DNA of 64,000 nucleotides. Source: Azolla caroliniana (Eukaryota; Plantae; Polypodiophyta). Numbering within the stretch: the stretch's first letter is position 1; every line of letters starts with the position of its first letter. The translations under genes were made by a program, and so were the position numbers. Shown here in pieces: positions 35,001 to 50,000 of the stretch. The notes under the pieces were generated by a model, which saw only the letters and a list, made by a program, of their open reading frames with translations, was not told the DNA's origin and ran no database searches. The stretch is taken from positions 1 to 64,000 of the forward strand of contig JBHGNT010000029.1 in the NCBI GenBank assembly GCA_043228905.1, given 5' to 3'.

Positions 35001-38000
35001 CTTTAATTTACTAACGCGCTCTTCTCCACTACCTCCTCAAATTTGCTAATTTCTTCATGTCTCTTGACCTGAGTTTCAAAATCTTGATTTTTTAATTCCA
35101 TATCATAGCTAGCGTTGTTAGCTTCGATTCGCATGTTTAAACACAAAAATCCGATATCACACGAGCCAGGTATGTACATTTTAATTTACTAACGCGCTCT
35201 TCTCCACTACCTCCTCAAATTTGCAAATTTCTTCATGTCTCTCGACCTGAGTTTCAAAATCTTGATTTTTTAATTCCATATTAGAGCTAGCGTTGTTAGC
35301 TTCGATTCGCATGTTTGAACACAGAAATCCGATATCACACGAGCCGGGTATGAACATTTTAATTTACAAACGCGATCTTCTCCACTACCTCCTCAAATTT
35401 GCTAATTTCTTCATGTCTCTCGACCTGAGTTTCAAAATCATGATTTTTTAATTCCATATTAGAGATAGCGTTGTTAGCTTCGATTCGCATGTTTGAACAC
35501 AGAAATCCGATATCACACGAGCTAGGTATGAACATTTTCATTTACTAACGCGCTCTTCTCCACTTCCTCCTCAAATTTGCTAATTTCTTCATGTCTCTCG
35601 ACCTGAGTTTCAAAATCTTGATTTTTTAATTCCATATTAGAGATAGCGTTGTTAGCTTCGATTCGCATGTTTGAACACAGAAATCCGATATCACACGAGC
35701 CAGGTATGAACATTTTAATTTACTAACGCGCTCTTCTCCACTTCCTCCTCAAATTTGCTAATTTATTCATGTCTCTCGACGTGAGTTTCAAAATCTTGAT
35801 TTTTTAATTCCATATTAGAGATAGCGTTGTTAGCTTCGATTCGCATGTTTGAACACAGAAATCCGATATCACACGAGCCAGGTATGAACATTTTAATTTA
35901 CTAACGCGCTCTTCTCCACTACCTCCTCAAATTTGCTAATTTCTTCATGTCTCTTGACCTGAGTTTCAAAATCTTGATTTTTTAATTCCATATTAGAGAT
36001 AGCGTTGTTAGCTTCGATTCGCATGTTTGAACACAGAAATCCGATATCACACGAGCCAGGTATGAACATTTTAATTTACTAACGCGCTCTTCTCCACTTC
36101 CTCCTCAAATTTGCTAATTTCTTCATGTCTCTGGACCTGAGTTTCAAAATCTTGATTTTTGAATTCCATATTAGAGCTAGCGTTGTTAGGTTTGATTCGC
36201 ATGTTTGAACACAGAAATCCGATATCACACGAGCCAGGTATGAACATTTTAATTTACTAACACGCTCTTCTCCACTACCTCCTCAAATTCGCTAATTTAT
36301 TCATGTCTCTCGAGCTGAGTTTTAAAATCTTGATTTTTTAATTCAATATTAGAGCTAGCATTGTTAGCTTCGATTCGCATGTTTGAACACAGAAATCCGA
36401 TATCACACGAGCCAGGTATGAACATTTTAATTTACAAACGCGATCTTCTCCACTACCTCCTCAAATTTGCTAATTTCTTCATGTCTCTCGACCTGAGTTT
36501 CAAAATCTTGATTTTTTAATTCCATATTAGAGATAGCGTTGTTAGCTTCGATTCGCATGTTTGAACACAGAAATCAGATATCACACGAGCCAGGTATGAA
36601 CATTTTAATTTAAAAACGCGATCTTCTCCACTACCTCCTCAAATTTGCTAATTTCTTCATGTCTCTCGACCTGAGTTTCAAAATCTTGATTTTTTAATTC
36701 CATATTAGAGATAGCGTTGTTAGCTTCGATTCGCATGTTTGAACACAAAAATCCGATATCACACGAGCCAGGTATGAACATTTTAATTTACTAACGCGCT
36801 CTTCTCCACTACCTCCTCAAATTTGCAAATTTCTTCATGTCTCTCGACCTGAGTTTCAAAATCTTGATTTTTTAATTCCATATTAGAGCTAGCGTTGTTA
36901 GCTTCGATTCGCATGTTTGAACACAGAAATCCGATATCACACGAGCCGGGTATGAACATTTTAATTTACAAACGCGATCTTCTCCACTACCTCCTCAAAT
37001 TTGCTAATTTCTTCATGTCTCTCGACCTGAGTTTCAAAATCTTGATTTTTTAATTCCATATTAGAGATAGCGTTGTTAGCTTCGATTCGCATGTTTGAAC
37101 ACAGAAATCCGATATCACACGAGCTAGGTATGAACATTTTCATTTACTAACGCGCTCTTCTCCACTTCCTCCTCAAATTTGCTAATTTCTTCATGTCTCT
37201 CGACCTGAGTTTCAAAATCTTGATTTTTTAATTCCATATTAGAGATAGCGTTGTTAGCTTCGATTCGCATGTTTGAACACAGAAATCCGATATCACACGA
37301 GCCAGGTATGAACATTTTAATTTACTAACGCGCTCTTCTCCACTTCCTCCTCAAATTTGCTAATTTATTCATGTCTCTCGACGTGAGTTTCAAAATCTTG
37401 ATTTTTTAATTCCATATTAGAGATAGCGTTGTTAGCTTCGATTCGCATGTTTGAACACAGAAATCCGATATCACACGAGCCAGGTATGAACATTTTAATT
37501 TACTAACGCGCTCTTCTCCACTACCTCCTCAAATTTGCTAATTTCTTCATGTCTCTTGACCTGAGTTTCAAAATCTTGATTTTTTAATTCCATATTAGAG
37601 ATAGCGTTGTTAGCTTCGATTCGCATGTTTGAACACAGAAATCCGATATCACACGAGCCAGGTATGAACATTTTAATTTACTAACGCGCTCTTCTCCACT
37701 TCCTCCTCAAATTTGCTAATTTCTTCATGTCTCTGGACCTGAGTTTCAAAATCTTGATTTTTGAATTCCATATTAGAGCTAGCGTTGTTAGGTTTGATTC
37801 GCATGTTTGAACACAGAAATCCGATATCACACGAGCCAGGTATGAACATTTTAATTTACTAACACGCTCTTCTCCACTACCTCCTCAAATTCGCTAATTT
37901 ATTCATGTCTCTCGAGCTGAGTTTTAAAATCTTGATTTTTTAATTCAATATTAGAGCTAGCATTGTTAGCTTCGATTCGCATGTTTGAACACAGAAATCC

Positions 38001-41000
38001 GATATCACACGAGCCAGGTATGAACATTTTAATTTACAAACGCGATCTTCTCCACTACCTCCTCAAATTTGCTAATTTCTTCATGTCTCTCGACCTGAGT
38101 TTCAAAATCTTGATTTTTTAATTCCATATTAGAGATAGCGTTGTTAGCTTCGATTCGCATGTTTGAACACAGAAATCAGATATCACACGAGCCAGGTATG
38201 AACATTTTAATTTAAAAACGCGATCTTCTCCACTACCTCCTCAAATTTGCTAATTTCTTCATGTCTCTCGACCTGAGTTTCAAAATCTTGATTTTTTAAT
38301 TCCATATTAGAGATAGCGTTGTTAGCTTCGATTCGCATGTTTGAACACAGAAATCCGATATCACACGAGCCAGGTATGAACACTTTAATTTACTAACGCG
38401 CTCTTCTCCACTACCTCCTCAAATTTGCTAATTTCTTCATGTCTCTTGACCTGAGTTTCAAAATCTTGATTTTTTAATTCCATATCATAGCTAGCGTTGT
38501 TAGCTTCGATTCGCATGTTTGAACAGAGAAATCCGATATCACACGAGCCAGGTATGAACATTTTAATTTACTGACTCGCTCTTCTCAACTTCCTCCTCAA
38601 ATTTGCTAATTTCTTCATGTCTCTGGACCTGAGTTTCAAAATCTTGATTTTTTAATTCCATATTAGAGATAGCGTTGTTAGCTTCGATTCGCATGTTTGA
38701 ACACAGAAATCCGATATCACACGAGCCAGGTATGAACATTTTAATTTACTAACGCGCTCTTCTCCACTTCCTCCTCAAATTTGCTAATTTCTTCATGTCT
38801 CTGGACCTGAGTTTCAAAATCTTGATTTTTGAATTCCATATTAGAGCTAGCGTTGTTAGGTTGGATTCGCATGTTTGAACACAGAAATCCGATATCACAC
38901 GAGCCAGGTATGAACATTTTAATTTACTAACGCGCTCTTCTCCACTACCTCCTCAAATTTGCTAATTTATTCATGTCTCTCGAGCTGAGTTTTAAAATCT
39001 TGATTTTGTAATTCCATATCATAGCTAGCGTTGTTAGCTTCGATTCGCATGTTTGAACACCGAAATCCGATATCACACGAGCCAGGTATGAACATTTTAA
39101 TTTACTGACTCGTTCTTCTCAACTTCCTCCTCAAATATGCTAATTTCTTCATGTCTCTCGACGTGAGTTTCAAAATCTTGATTTTTTAATTCCATATTAA
39201 AGCTAGCGTTGTTAGCTTCGAGTCGCATGTTTAAACACAGAAATCCGATATCAAACGAGCAAGGTATGAACATTTTAATTTACTGACTCGCTCTTCTCCA
39301 CTTCCTCCTCAAATTTGCTAATTTCGTCATGTCTCTTGACCTGAGTTTCAAAATCTTGATTTTTTAATTCAATATTAGAGCTAGCGTTGTTAGCTTCGAT
39401 TCGCATGTTTGAACACAGAAATCCGATATCACACGAGCCAGGTATGAACATTTTAATTTACAAACGTGATCTTCTCCACTTCCTCCTCAAATTTGCTAAT
39501 TTCTTCATGTCTCTGGACCTGAGTTTCAAAATCTTGTTTTTTCGATTCCATATTATAATTTACTAACGCGCTCTTCTCCACTACCTCCTCAAATTTGCAA
39601 ATTTCTTCATGTCTCTCGACCTGAGTTTCAAAATCTTGATTTTTTAATTCCATATCATAGCTAGCGTTGTTAGCTTCGATTCGCATGTTTAAACACAAAA
39701 ATCCGATATCACACGAGCCAGGTATGAACATTTTAATTTACTAACAGGCTCTTCTTCACTACCTCCTCAAATTTGCTAATTTCTTCATGTCTCTCGACCT
39801 GAGTTTCAAAATCTTGATTTTTTAATTCCATATTAGAGCTAGCGTTGTTAGCTTCGATTCGCATGTTTGAACACAGAAATCCGATATCACACGAGCCAGG
39901 TATGAACATTTTAATTTACAAACGCGATCTTCTCCACTACCTCCTCAAATTTGCTAATTTATTCATGTCTCTCGACGTGAGTTTCAAAATCTTGATTTTT
40001 TAATTCCATATTAGAGATAGCGTTGTTAGCTTCGATTCGCATGTTTGAACACAGAAATCCGATATCACACGAGCCAGGTATGAACATTTTAATTTACTGA
40101 CTCGTTCTTCTCAACTTCCTCCTCAAATATGCTAATTTCTTCATGTCTCTCGACCTGAGTTTCAAAATCTTGATTTTTTAATTCCATATTAGAGCTAGCG
40201 TTGTTAGCTTCGAGTCGCATGTTCTAACACAGAAATCCGATATCAAACGAGCAAGGTATGAACATTTTAATTTACTGACTCGCTCTTCTCCACTTCCTCC
40301 TCAAATTTGCTAATTTCTTCATGTCTCTTGACCTGAGTTTCAAAATCTTGATTTTTTAATTCCATATTAGAGATAGCGTTGTTAGCTTCGATTCGCATGT
40401 TTGAACACAGAAATCCGATATCACACGAGCCAGGTATGAACATTTTAATTTACTAACGCGCTCTTCTCCACTTCCTCCTCAAATTTGCTAATTTCTTCAT
40501 GTCTCTGGACCTGAGTTTCAAAATCTTGATTTTTTAATTCCATATTAGAGATAGCGTTGTTTGCTTCGATTCGCATGTTTGAACACAGAAATCCGATATC
40601 ACACGAGCCAGGTATGAACATTTTAATTTACTAACGCGCTCTTCTCCACTTCCTCCTCAAATTTGCTAATTTATTCATGTCTCTCGACGTGAGTTTTAAA
40701 ATCTTGATTTTTTAATTCCATATTAGAGATAGCGTTGTTAGCTTCGATTCGCATGTTTGAACACAGAAATCCGATATCACACGAGCCAGGTATGAACATT
40801 TTCATTTACTAACGCGCTCTTCTCCACTTCCTCCTCAAATTTGCTAATTTCTTCATGTCTCTGGATCTGAGTTTCAAAATCTTGATTTTTGAATTCCATA
40901 TTAGAGATAGCGTTGTTAGCTTCGATTCGCATGTTTGAACACAAAAATCCGATATCACACGAGCCAGGTATGAACATTTTAATTTACTAACACGCTCTTC

Positions 41001-44000
41001 TCTACTTCCTCCTCAAATTTGCTAATTTCTTCATGTCTCTGGACCTGAGTTTCAAAATCTTGATTTTTTAATTCAATATTAGAGCTAGCGTTGTTAGCTT
41101 CGATTCGCATGTTTGAACACAGAAATCCGATATCACACGAGCCAGGTATGAACATTTTAATTTACTAACGCGCTCTTCTCCACTACCTCCTCAAATTTGC
41201 TAATTTCTTCATGTCTCTTGACCTGAGTTTCAAAATCTTGATTTTTTAATTCCATATTAGAGATAGCGTTGTTAGCTTCGATTCGCATGTTTGAACACAG
41301 AAATCCGATATCACACGAGCCAGGTATGAACATTTTAATTTACTAACGCGCTCTTCTCCACTTCCTCCTCAAATTTGCTAATTTCTTCATGTCTCTGGAC
41401 CTGAGTTTCAAAATCTTGATTTTTGAATTCCATATTAGAGCTAGCGTTGTTAGGTTTGATTCGCATGTTTGAACACAGAAATCCGATATCACACGAGCCA
41501 GGTATGAACATTTTAATTTACTAACACGCTCTTCTCCACTACCTCCTCAAATTCGCTAATTTATTCATGTCTCTCGAGCTGAGTTTTAAAATCTTGATTT
41601 TTTAATTCAATATTAGAGCTAGCATTGTTAGCTTCGATTCGCATGTTTGAACACAGAAATCCGATATCACACGAGCCAGGTATGAACATTTTAATTTACA
41701 AACGCGATCTTCTCCACTACCTCCTCAAATTTGCTAATTTCTTCATGTCTCTCGACCTGAGTTTCAAAATCTTGATTTTTTAATTCCATATTAGAGATAA
41801 CGTTGTTAGCTTCGATTCGCATGTTTGAACACAGAAATCAGATATCACACGAGCCAGGTATGAACATTTTAATTTAAAAACGCGATCTTCTCCACTACCT
41901 CCTCAAATTTGCTAATTTCTTCATGTCTCTCGACCTGAGTTTCAAAATCTTGATTTTTTAATTCCATATTAGAGATAGCGTTGTTAGCTTCGATTCGCAT
42001 GTTTGAACACAGAAATCCGATATCACACGAGCCAGGTATGAACACTTTAATTTACTAACGCGCTCTTCTCCACTACCTCCTCAAATTTGCAAATTTCTTC
42101 ATGTCTCTCGACCTGAGTTTCAAAATCTTGATTTTTTAATTCCATATTAGAGCTAGCGTTGTTAGCTTCGATTCGCATGTTTGAACACAGAAATCCGATA
42201 TCACACGAGCCGGGTATGAACATTTTAATTTACAAACGCGATCTTCTCCACTACCTCCTCAAATTTGCTAATTTCTTCATGTCTCTCGACCTGAGTTTCA
42301 AAATCTTGATTTTTTAATTCCATATTAGAGATAGCGTTGTTAGCTTCGATTCGCATGTTTGAACACAGAAATCCGATATCACACGAGCTAGGTATGAACA
42401 TTTTCATTTACTAACGCGCTCTTCTCCACTTCCTCCTCAAATTTGCTAATTTCTTCATGTCTCTTGACCTGAGTTTCAAAATCTTGATTTTTTAATTCCA
42501 TATTAGAGATAGCGTTGTTAGCTTCGATTCGCATGTTTGAACACAGAAATCCGATATCACACGAGCCAGGTATGAACATTTTAATTTACTAACGCGCTCT
42601 TCTCCACTTCCTCCTCAAATTTGCTAATTTATTCATGTCTCTCGACGTGAGTTTCAAAATCTTGATTTTTTAATTCCATATTAGAGATAGCGTTGTTAGC
42701 TTCGATTCGCATGTTTGAACACAGAAATCCGATATCACACGAGCCAGGTATGAACATTTTAATTTACTAACGCGCTCTTCTCCACTACCTCCTCAAATTT
42801 GCTAATTTCTTCATGTCTCTTGACCTGAGTTTCAAAATCTTGATTTTTTAATTCCATATTAGAGATAGCGTTGTTAGCTTCGATTCGCATGTTTGAACAC
42901 AGAAATCCGATATCACACGAGCCAGGTATGAACATTTTAATTTACTAACGCGCTCTTCTCCACTTCCTCCTCAAATTTGCTAATTTCTTCATGTCTCTGG
43001 ACCTGAGTTTCAAAATCTTGATTTTTGAATTCCATATTAGAGCTAGCGTTGTTAGGTTTGATTCGCATGTTTGAACACAGAAATCCGATATCACACGAGC
43101 CAGGTATGAACATTTTAATTTACTAACACGCTCTTCTCCACTACCTCCTCAAATTCGCTAATTTATTCATGTCTCTCGAGCTGAGTTTTAAAATCTTGAT
43201 TTTTTAATTCAATATTAGAGCTAGCATTGTTAGCTTCGATTCGCATGTTTGAACACAGAAATCCGATATCACACGAGCCAGGTATGAACATTTTAATTTA
43301 CAAACGCGATCTTCTCCACTACCTCCTCAAATTTGCTAATTTCTTCATGTCTCTCGACCTGAGTTTCAAAATTTTGATTTTTTAATTCCATATTAGAGAT
43401 AGCGTTGTTAGCTTCGATTCGCATGTTTGAACACAGAAATCAGATATCACACGAGCCAGGTATGAACATTTTAATTTAAAAACGCGATCTTCTCCACTAC
43501 CTCCTCAAATTTGCTAATTTCTTCATGTCTCTCGACCTGAGTATCAAAATCTTGATTTTTTAATTCCATATTAGAGATAGCGTTGTTAGCTTCGATTCGC
43601 ATGTTTGAACACAAAAATCCGATATCACACGAGCCAGGTATGAACATTTTAATTTACTAACGCGCTCTTCTCCACTACCTCCTCAAATTTGCAAATTTCT
43701 TCATGTCTCTCGACCTGAGTTTCAAAATCTTGATTTTTTAATTCCATATTAGAGCTAGCGTTGTTAGCTTCGATTCGCATGTTTGAACACAGAAATCCGA
43801 TATCACACGAGCCGGGTATGAACATTTTAATTTACAAACGCGATCTTCTCCACTACCTCCTCAAATTTGCTAATTTCTTCATGTCTCTCGACCTGAGTTT
43901 CAAAATCTTGATTTTTTAATTCCATATTAGAGATAGCGTTGTTAGCTTCGATTCGCATGTTTGAACACAGAAATCCGATATCACACGAGCTAGGTATGAA

Positions 44001-47000
44001 CATTTTCATTTACTAACGCGCTCTTCTCCACTTCCTCCTCAAATTTGCTAATTTCTTCATGTCTCTCGACCTGAGTTTCAAAATCTTGATTTTTTAATTC
44101 CATATTAGAGATAGCGTTGTTAGCTTCGATTCGCATGTTTGAACACAGAAATCCGATATCACACGAGCCAGGTATGAACATTTTAATTTACTAACGCGCT
44201 CTTCTCCACTTCCTCCTCAAATTTGCTAATTTATTCATGTCTCTCGACGTGAGTTTCAAAATCTTGATTTTTTAATTCCATATTAGAGATAGCGTTGTTA
44301 GCTTCGATTCGCATGTTTGAACACAGAAATCCGATATCACACGAGCCAGGTATGAACATTTTAATTTACTAACGCGCTCTTCTCCACTACCTCCTCAAAT
44401 TTGCTAATTTCTTCATGTCTCTTGACCTGAGTTTCAAAATCTTGATTTTTTAATTCCATATTAGAGATAGCGTTGTTAGCTTCGATTCGCATGTTTGAAC
44501 ACAGAAATCCGATATCACACGAGCCAGGTATGAACATTTTAATTTACTAACGCGCTCTTCTCCACTTCCTCCTCAAATTTGCTAATTTCTTCATGTCTCT
44601 GGACCTGAGTTTCAAAATCTTGATTTTTGAATTCCATATTAGAGCTAGCGTTGTTAGGTTTGATTCGCATGTTTGAACACAGAAATCCGATATCACACGA
44701 GCCAGGTATGAACATTTTAATTTACTAACGCGCTCTTCTCCACTACCTCCTCAAATTTGCTAATTTCTTCATGTCTCTCGACCTGAGTTTCAAAATCTTG
44801 ATTTTTTAATTCCATATTAGAGATAGCGTTGTTAGCTTCGATTCGCATGTTTGAACACAGAAATCCGATATCACACGAGCCAGGTATGAACACTTTAATT
44901 TACTAACGCGCTCTTCTCCACTACCTCCTCAAATTTGCTAATTTCTTCATGTCTCTTGACCTGAGTTTCAAAATCTTGATTTTTTAATTCCATATCATAG
45001 CTAGCGTTGTTAGCTTCGATTCGCATGTTTGAACAGAGAAATCCGATATCACACGAGCCAGGTATGAACATTTTAATTTACTGACTCGCTCTTCTCAACT
45101 TCCTCCTCAAATTTGCTAATTTCTTCATGTCTCTGGACCTGAGTTTCAAAATCTTGATTTTTTAATTCCATATTAGAGATAGCGTTGTTAGCATCGATTC
45201 GCATGTTTGAACACAGAAATCCGATATCACACGAGCCAGGTATGAACATTTTAATTTACTAACGCGCTCTTCTCCACTTCCTCCTCAAATTTGCTAATTT
45301 CTTCATGTCTCTGGACCTGAGTTTCAAAATCTTGATTTTTGAATTCCATATTAGAGCTAGCGTTGTTAGGTTGGATTCGCATGTTTGAACACAGAAATCC
45401 GATATCACACGAGCCAGGTATGAACATTTTAATTTACTAACGCGCTCTTCTCCACTACCTCCTCAAATTTGCTAATTTATTCATGTCTCTCGAGCTGAGT
45501 TTTAAAATCTTGATTTTGTAATTCCATATCATAGCTAGCGTTGTTAGCTTCGATTCGCATGTTTGAACACCGAAATCCGATATCACACGAGCCAGGTATG
45601 AACATTTTAATTTACTGACTCGTTCTTCTCAACTTCCTCCTCAAATATGCTAATTTCTTCATGTCTCTCGACGTGAGTTTCAAAATCTTGATTTTTTAAT
45701 TCCATATTAGAGCTAGCGTTGTTAGCTTCGAGTCGCATGTTTAAACACAGAAATCCGATATCAAACGAGCAAGGTATGAACATTTTAATTTACTGACTCG
45801 CTCTTCTCCACTTCCTCCTCAAATTTGCTAATTTCGTCATGTCTCTTGACCTGAGTTTCAAATTCTTGATTTTTTAATTCAATATTAGAGCTAGCGTTGT
45901 TAGCTTCGATTCGCATGTTTGAACACAGAAATCCGATATCACACGAGCCAGGTATGAACATTTTAATTTACAAACGTGATCTTCTCCACTTCCTCCTCAA
46001 ATTTGCTAATTTCTTCATGTCTCTGGACCTGAGTTTCAAAATCTTGTTTTTTCGATTCCATATTATAATTTACTAACGCGCTCTTCTCCACTACCTCCTC
46101 AAATTTGCAAATTTCTTCATGTCTCTCGACCTGAGTTTCAAAATCTTGATTTTTTAATTCCATATCATAGCTAGCGTTGTTAGCTTCGATTCGCATGTTT
46201 AAACACAAAAATCCGATATCACACGAGCCAGGTATGAACATTTTAATTTACTAACAGGCTCTTCTTCACTACCTCCTCAAATTTGCTAATTTCTTCATGT
46301 CTCTCGACCTGAGTTTCAAAATCTTGATTTTTTAATTCCATATTAGAGCTAGCGTTGTTAGCTTCGATTCGCATGTTTGAACACAGAAATCCGATATCAC
46401 ACGAGCCAGGTATGAACATTTTAATTTACAAACGCGATCTTCTCCACTACCTCCTCAAATTTGCTAATTTATTCATGTCTCTCGACGTGAGTTTCAAAAT
46501 CTTGATTTTTTAATTCCATATTAGAGATAGCGTTGTTAGCTTCGATTCGCATGTTTGAACACAGAAATCCGATATCACACGAGCCAGGTATGAACATTTT
46601 AATTTACTGACTCGTTCTTCTAAACTTCCTCCTCAAATATGCTAATTTCTTCATGTCTCTCGACCTGAGTTTCAAAATCTTGATTTTTTAATTCCATATT
46701 AGAGCTAGCGTTGTTAGCTTCGAGTCGCATGTTCTAACACAGAAATCCGATATCAAACGAGCAAGGTATGAACATTTTAATTTACTGACTCGCTCTTCTC
46801 CACTTCCTCCTCAAATTTGCTAATTTCTTCATGTCTCTTGACCTGAGTTTCAAAATCTTGATTTTTTAATTCCATATTAGAGATAGCGTTGTTAGCTTCG
46901 ATTCGCATGTTTGAACACAGAAATCCGATATCACACGAGCCAGGTATGAACATTTTAATTTACTAACGCGCTCTTCTCCACTTCCTCCTCAAATTTGCTA

Positions 47001-50000
47001 ATTTCTTCATGTCTCTGGACCTGAGTTTCAAAATCTTGATTTTTTAATTCCATATTAGAGATAGCGTTGTTTGCTTCGATTCGCATGTTTGAACACAGAA
47101 ATCCGATATCACACGAGCCAGGTATGAACATTTTAATTTACTAACGCGCTCTTCTCCACTTCCTCCTCAAATTTGCTAATTTATTCATGTCTCTCGACGT
47201 GAGTTTTAAAATCTTGATTTTTTAATTCCATATTAGAGATAGCGTTGTTAGCTTCGATTCGCATGTTTGAACACAGAAATCCGATATCACACGAGCCAGG
47301 TATGAACATTTTCATTTACTAACGCGCTCTTCTCCACTTCCTCCTCAAATTTGCTAATTTCTTCATGTCTCTGGATCTGAGTTTCAAAATCTTGATTTTT
47401 GAATTCCATATTAGAGATAGCGTTGTTAGCTTCGATTCGCATGTTTGAACACAAAAATCCGATATCACACGAGCCAGGTATGAACATTTTAATTTACTAA
47501 CACGCTCTTCTCTACTTCCTCCTCAAATTTGCTAATTTCTTCATGTCTCTGGACCTGAGTTTCAAAATCTTGATTTTTTAATTCAATATTAGAGCTAGCG
47601 TTGTTAGCTTCGATTCGCATGTTTGAACACAGAAATCCGATATCACACGAGCCAGGTATGAACATTTTAATTTACAAACGTGATATTCTCCACTTCCTCC
47701 TCAAATTTGCTAATTTCTTCATGTCTCTCGACCTGAGTTTCAAAATCTTGATTTTTTAATTCCATATTAGAGATAGCGTTGTTAGCTTCGATTCGCATGT
47801 TTGAACACAGAAATCCGATATCACACGAGCCAGGTATGAACATTTTAATTTACTAACGCGCTCTTCTCCACTTCCTCCTCAAATTTGCTAATTTCTTCAT
47901 GTCTCTCGACCTGAGTTTCAAAATCTTGATTTTTTAATTCCTTATTAGAGATAGCGTTGTTAGCTTCGATTCGCATGTTTGAACACAGAAATCCGATATC
48001 ACACGAGCCAGGTATGAACATTTTCATTTACTAACGCGCTCTTCTCCACTACCTCCTCAAATTTGCTAATTCCTTCATGTCTCTGGACCTGAGTTTCAAA
48101 ATCTTGATTTTTTAATTCCATATCATAGCTAGCGTTGTTAGCTTCGATTCGCATGTTTGAACACCGAAATCCGATATCACACGAGCCAGGTATGAACATT
48201 TTAATTTACTGACTCGTTCTTCTCAACTTCCTCCTCAAATATGCTAATTTCTTCATGTCTCTCGACCTGAGTTTCAAAATCTTGATTTTTTAATTCCATA
48301 TTAGAGCTAGCGTTGTTAGCTTCGATTCGCATGTTTGAACACAGAAATCCGATATCAAACGAGCAAGGTATGAACATTTTAATTTACTGACTCGCTCTTC
48401 TCCACTTCCTCCTCAAATTTGCTAATTTCTTCATGTCTCTCGACCTGAGTTTCAAAATCTTGATTTTTTAATTCAATATTAGAGCTAGCGTTGTTAGCTT
48501 CGATTCGCATGTTTGAACACAGAAATCCGATATCACACGAGCCAGGTATGAACATTTTAATTTACAAACGTGATCTTCTCCACTTCCTCCTCAAATTTGC
48601 TAATTTCTTCATGTCTCTGGACCTGAGTTTCAAAATCTTGTTTTTTCGATTCCATATTATAATTTACTAACGCGTTCTTCTCAACTTCCTCCTCAAATAT
48701 GCTAATTTCTTCATGTCTCTCGACCTGAGTTTCAAAATCTTGATTTTTTAATTCCATATTAGAGCTAGCGTTGTTAGCTTCGATTCGCATGTTTGAACAC
48801 AGAAATCCGATATCAAACGAGCAAGGTATGAACATTTTAATTTACTGACTCGCTCTTCTCCACTTCCTCCTCAAATTTGCTAATTTCTTCATGTCTCTTG
48901 ACCTGAGTTTCAAAATCTTGATTTTTTAATTCAATATTAGAGCTAGCGTTGTTAGCTTCGATTCGCATGTTTGAACACAGAAATCCGATATCACACGAGC
49001 CAGGTATGAACATTTTAATTTACAAACGTGATCTTCTCCACTTCCTCCTCAAATTTGCTAATTTCTTCATGTCTCTGGACCTGAGTTTCAAAATCTTGTT
49101 TTTTCGATTCCATATTATAATTACTAACGCGCTCTTCTCCACTACCTCCTCAAATTTGCAAATTTCTTCATGTCTCTCGACCTGAGTTTCAAAATCTTGA
49201 TTTTTTAATTCCATATCATAGCTAGCGTTGTTAGCTTCGATTCGCATGTTTAAACACAAAAATCCGATATCACACGAGCCAGGTATGAACATTTTAATTT
49301 ACTAACAGGCTCTTCTTCACTACCTCCTCAAATTTGCTAATTTCTTCATGTCTCTCGACCTGAGTTTCAAAATCTTGATTTTTTAATTCCATATTAGAGC
49401 TAGCGTTGTTAGCTTCGATTCGCATGTTTGAACACAGAAATCCGATATCACACGAGCCAGGTATGAACATTTTAATTTACAAATGCGATCTTCTCCACTA
49501 CCTACTCAAATTTGCTAATTTCTTCATGTCTCTCGACCTGAGTTTCAAAATCTTGATTTTCTAATTCCATATTAGAGATAGCGTTGTTAGCTTCGATTCG
49601 CATGTTTGAACACAGAAATCCGATATCACAAGAGCCAGGTATGAACATTTTAATTTACTAACGCACTCTTCTCCACTACCTCCTCAAATTTACAAATTTC
49701 TTCATGTCTCTCGACCTGAGTTTCAAAATCTTGATTTTTTAATTCAATATTAGAGATAGCGTTGTTAGCTTCGATTCGCATGTTTGAACACAGAAATCCG
49801 ATATCACACGAGCTAGGTATGAACATTTTCATTTACTAACGCGCTCTCCTCCACTTCCTCCTCAAATTTGCTAATTTCTTCATGTCTCTGGACCTGAGTT
49901 TCAAAATCTTGATTTTTTAATTCCATATTAGAGATAGCGTTGTTAGCTTCGATTCGCATGTTTGAACACAGAAATCCGATATCACACGAGCCAGGTATGA

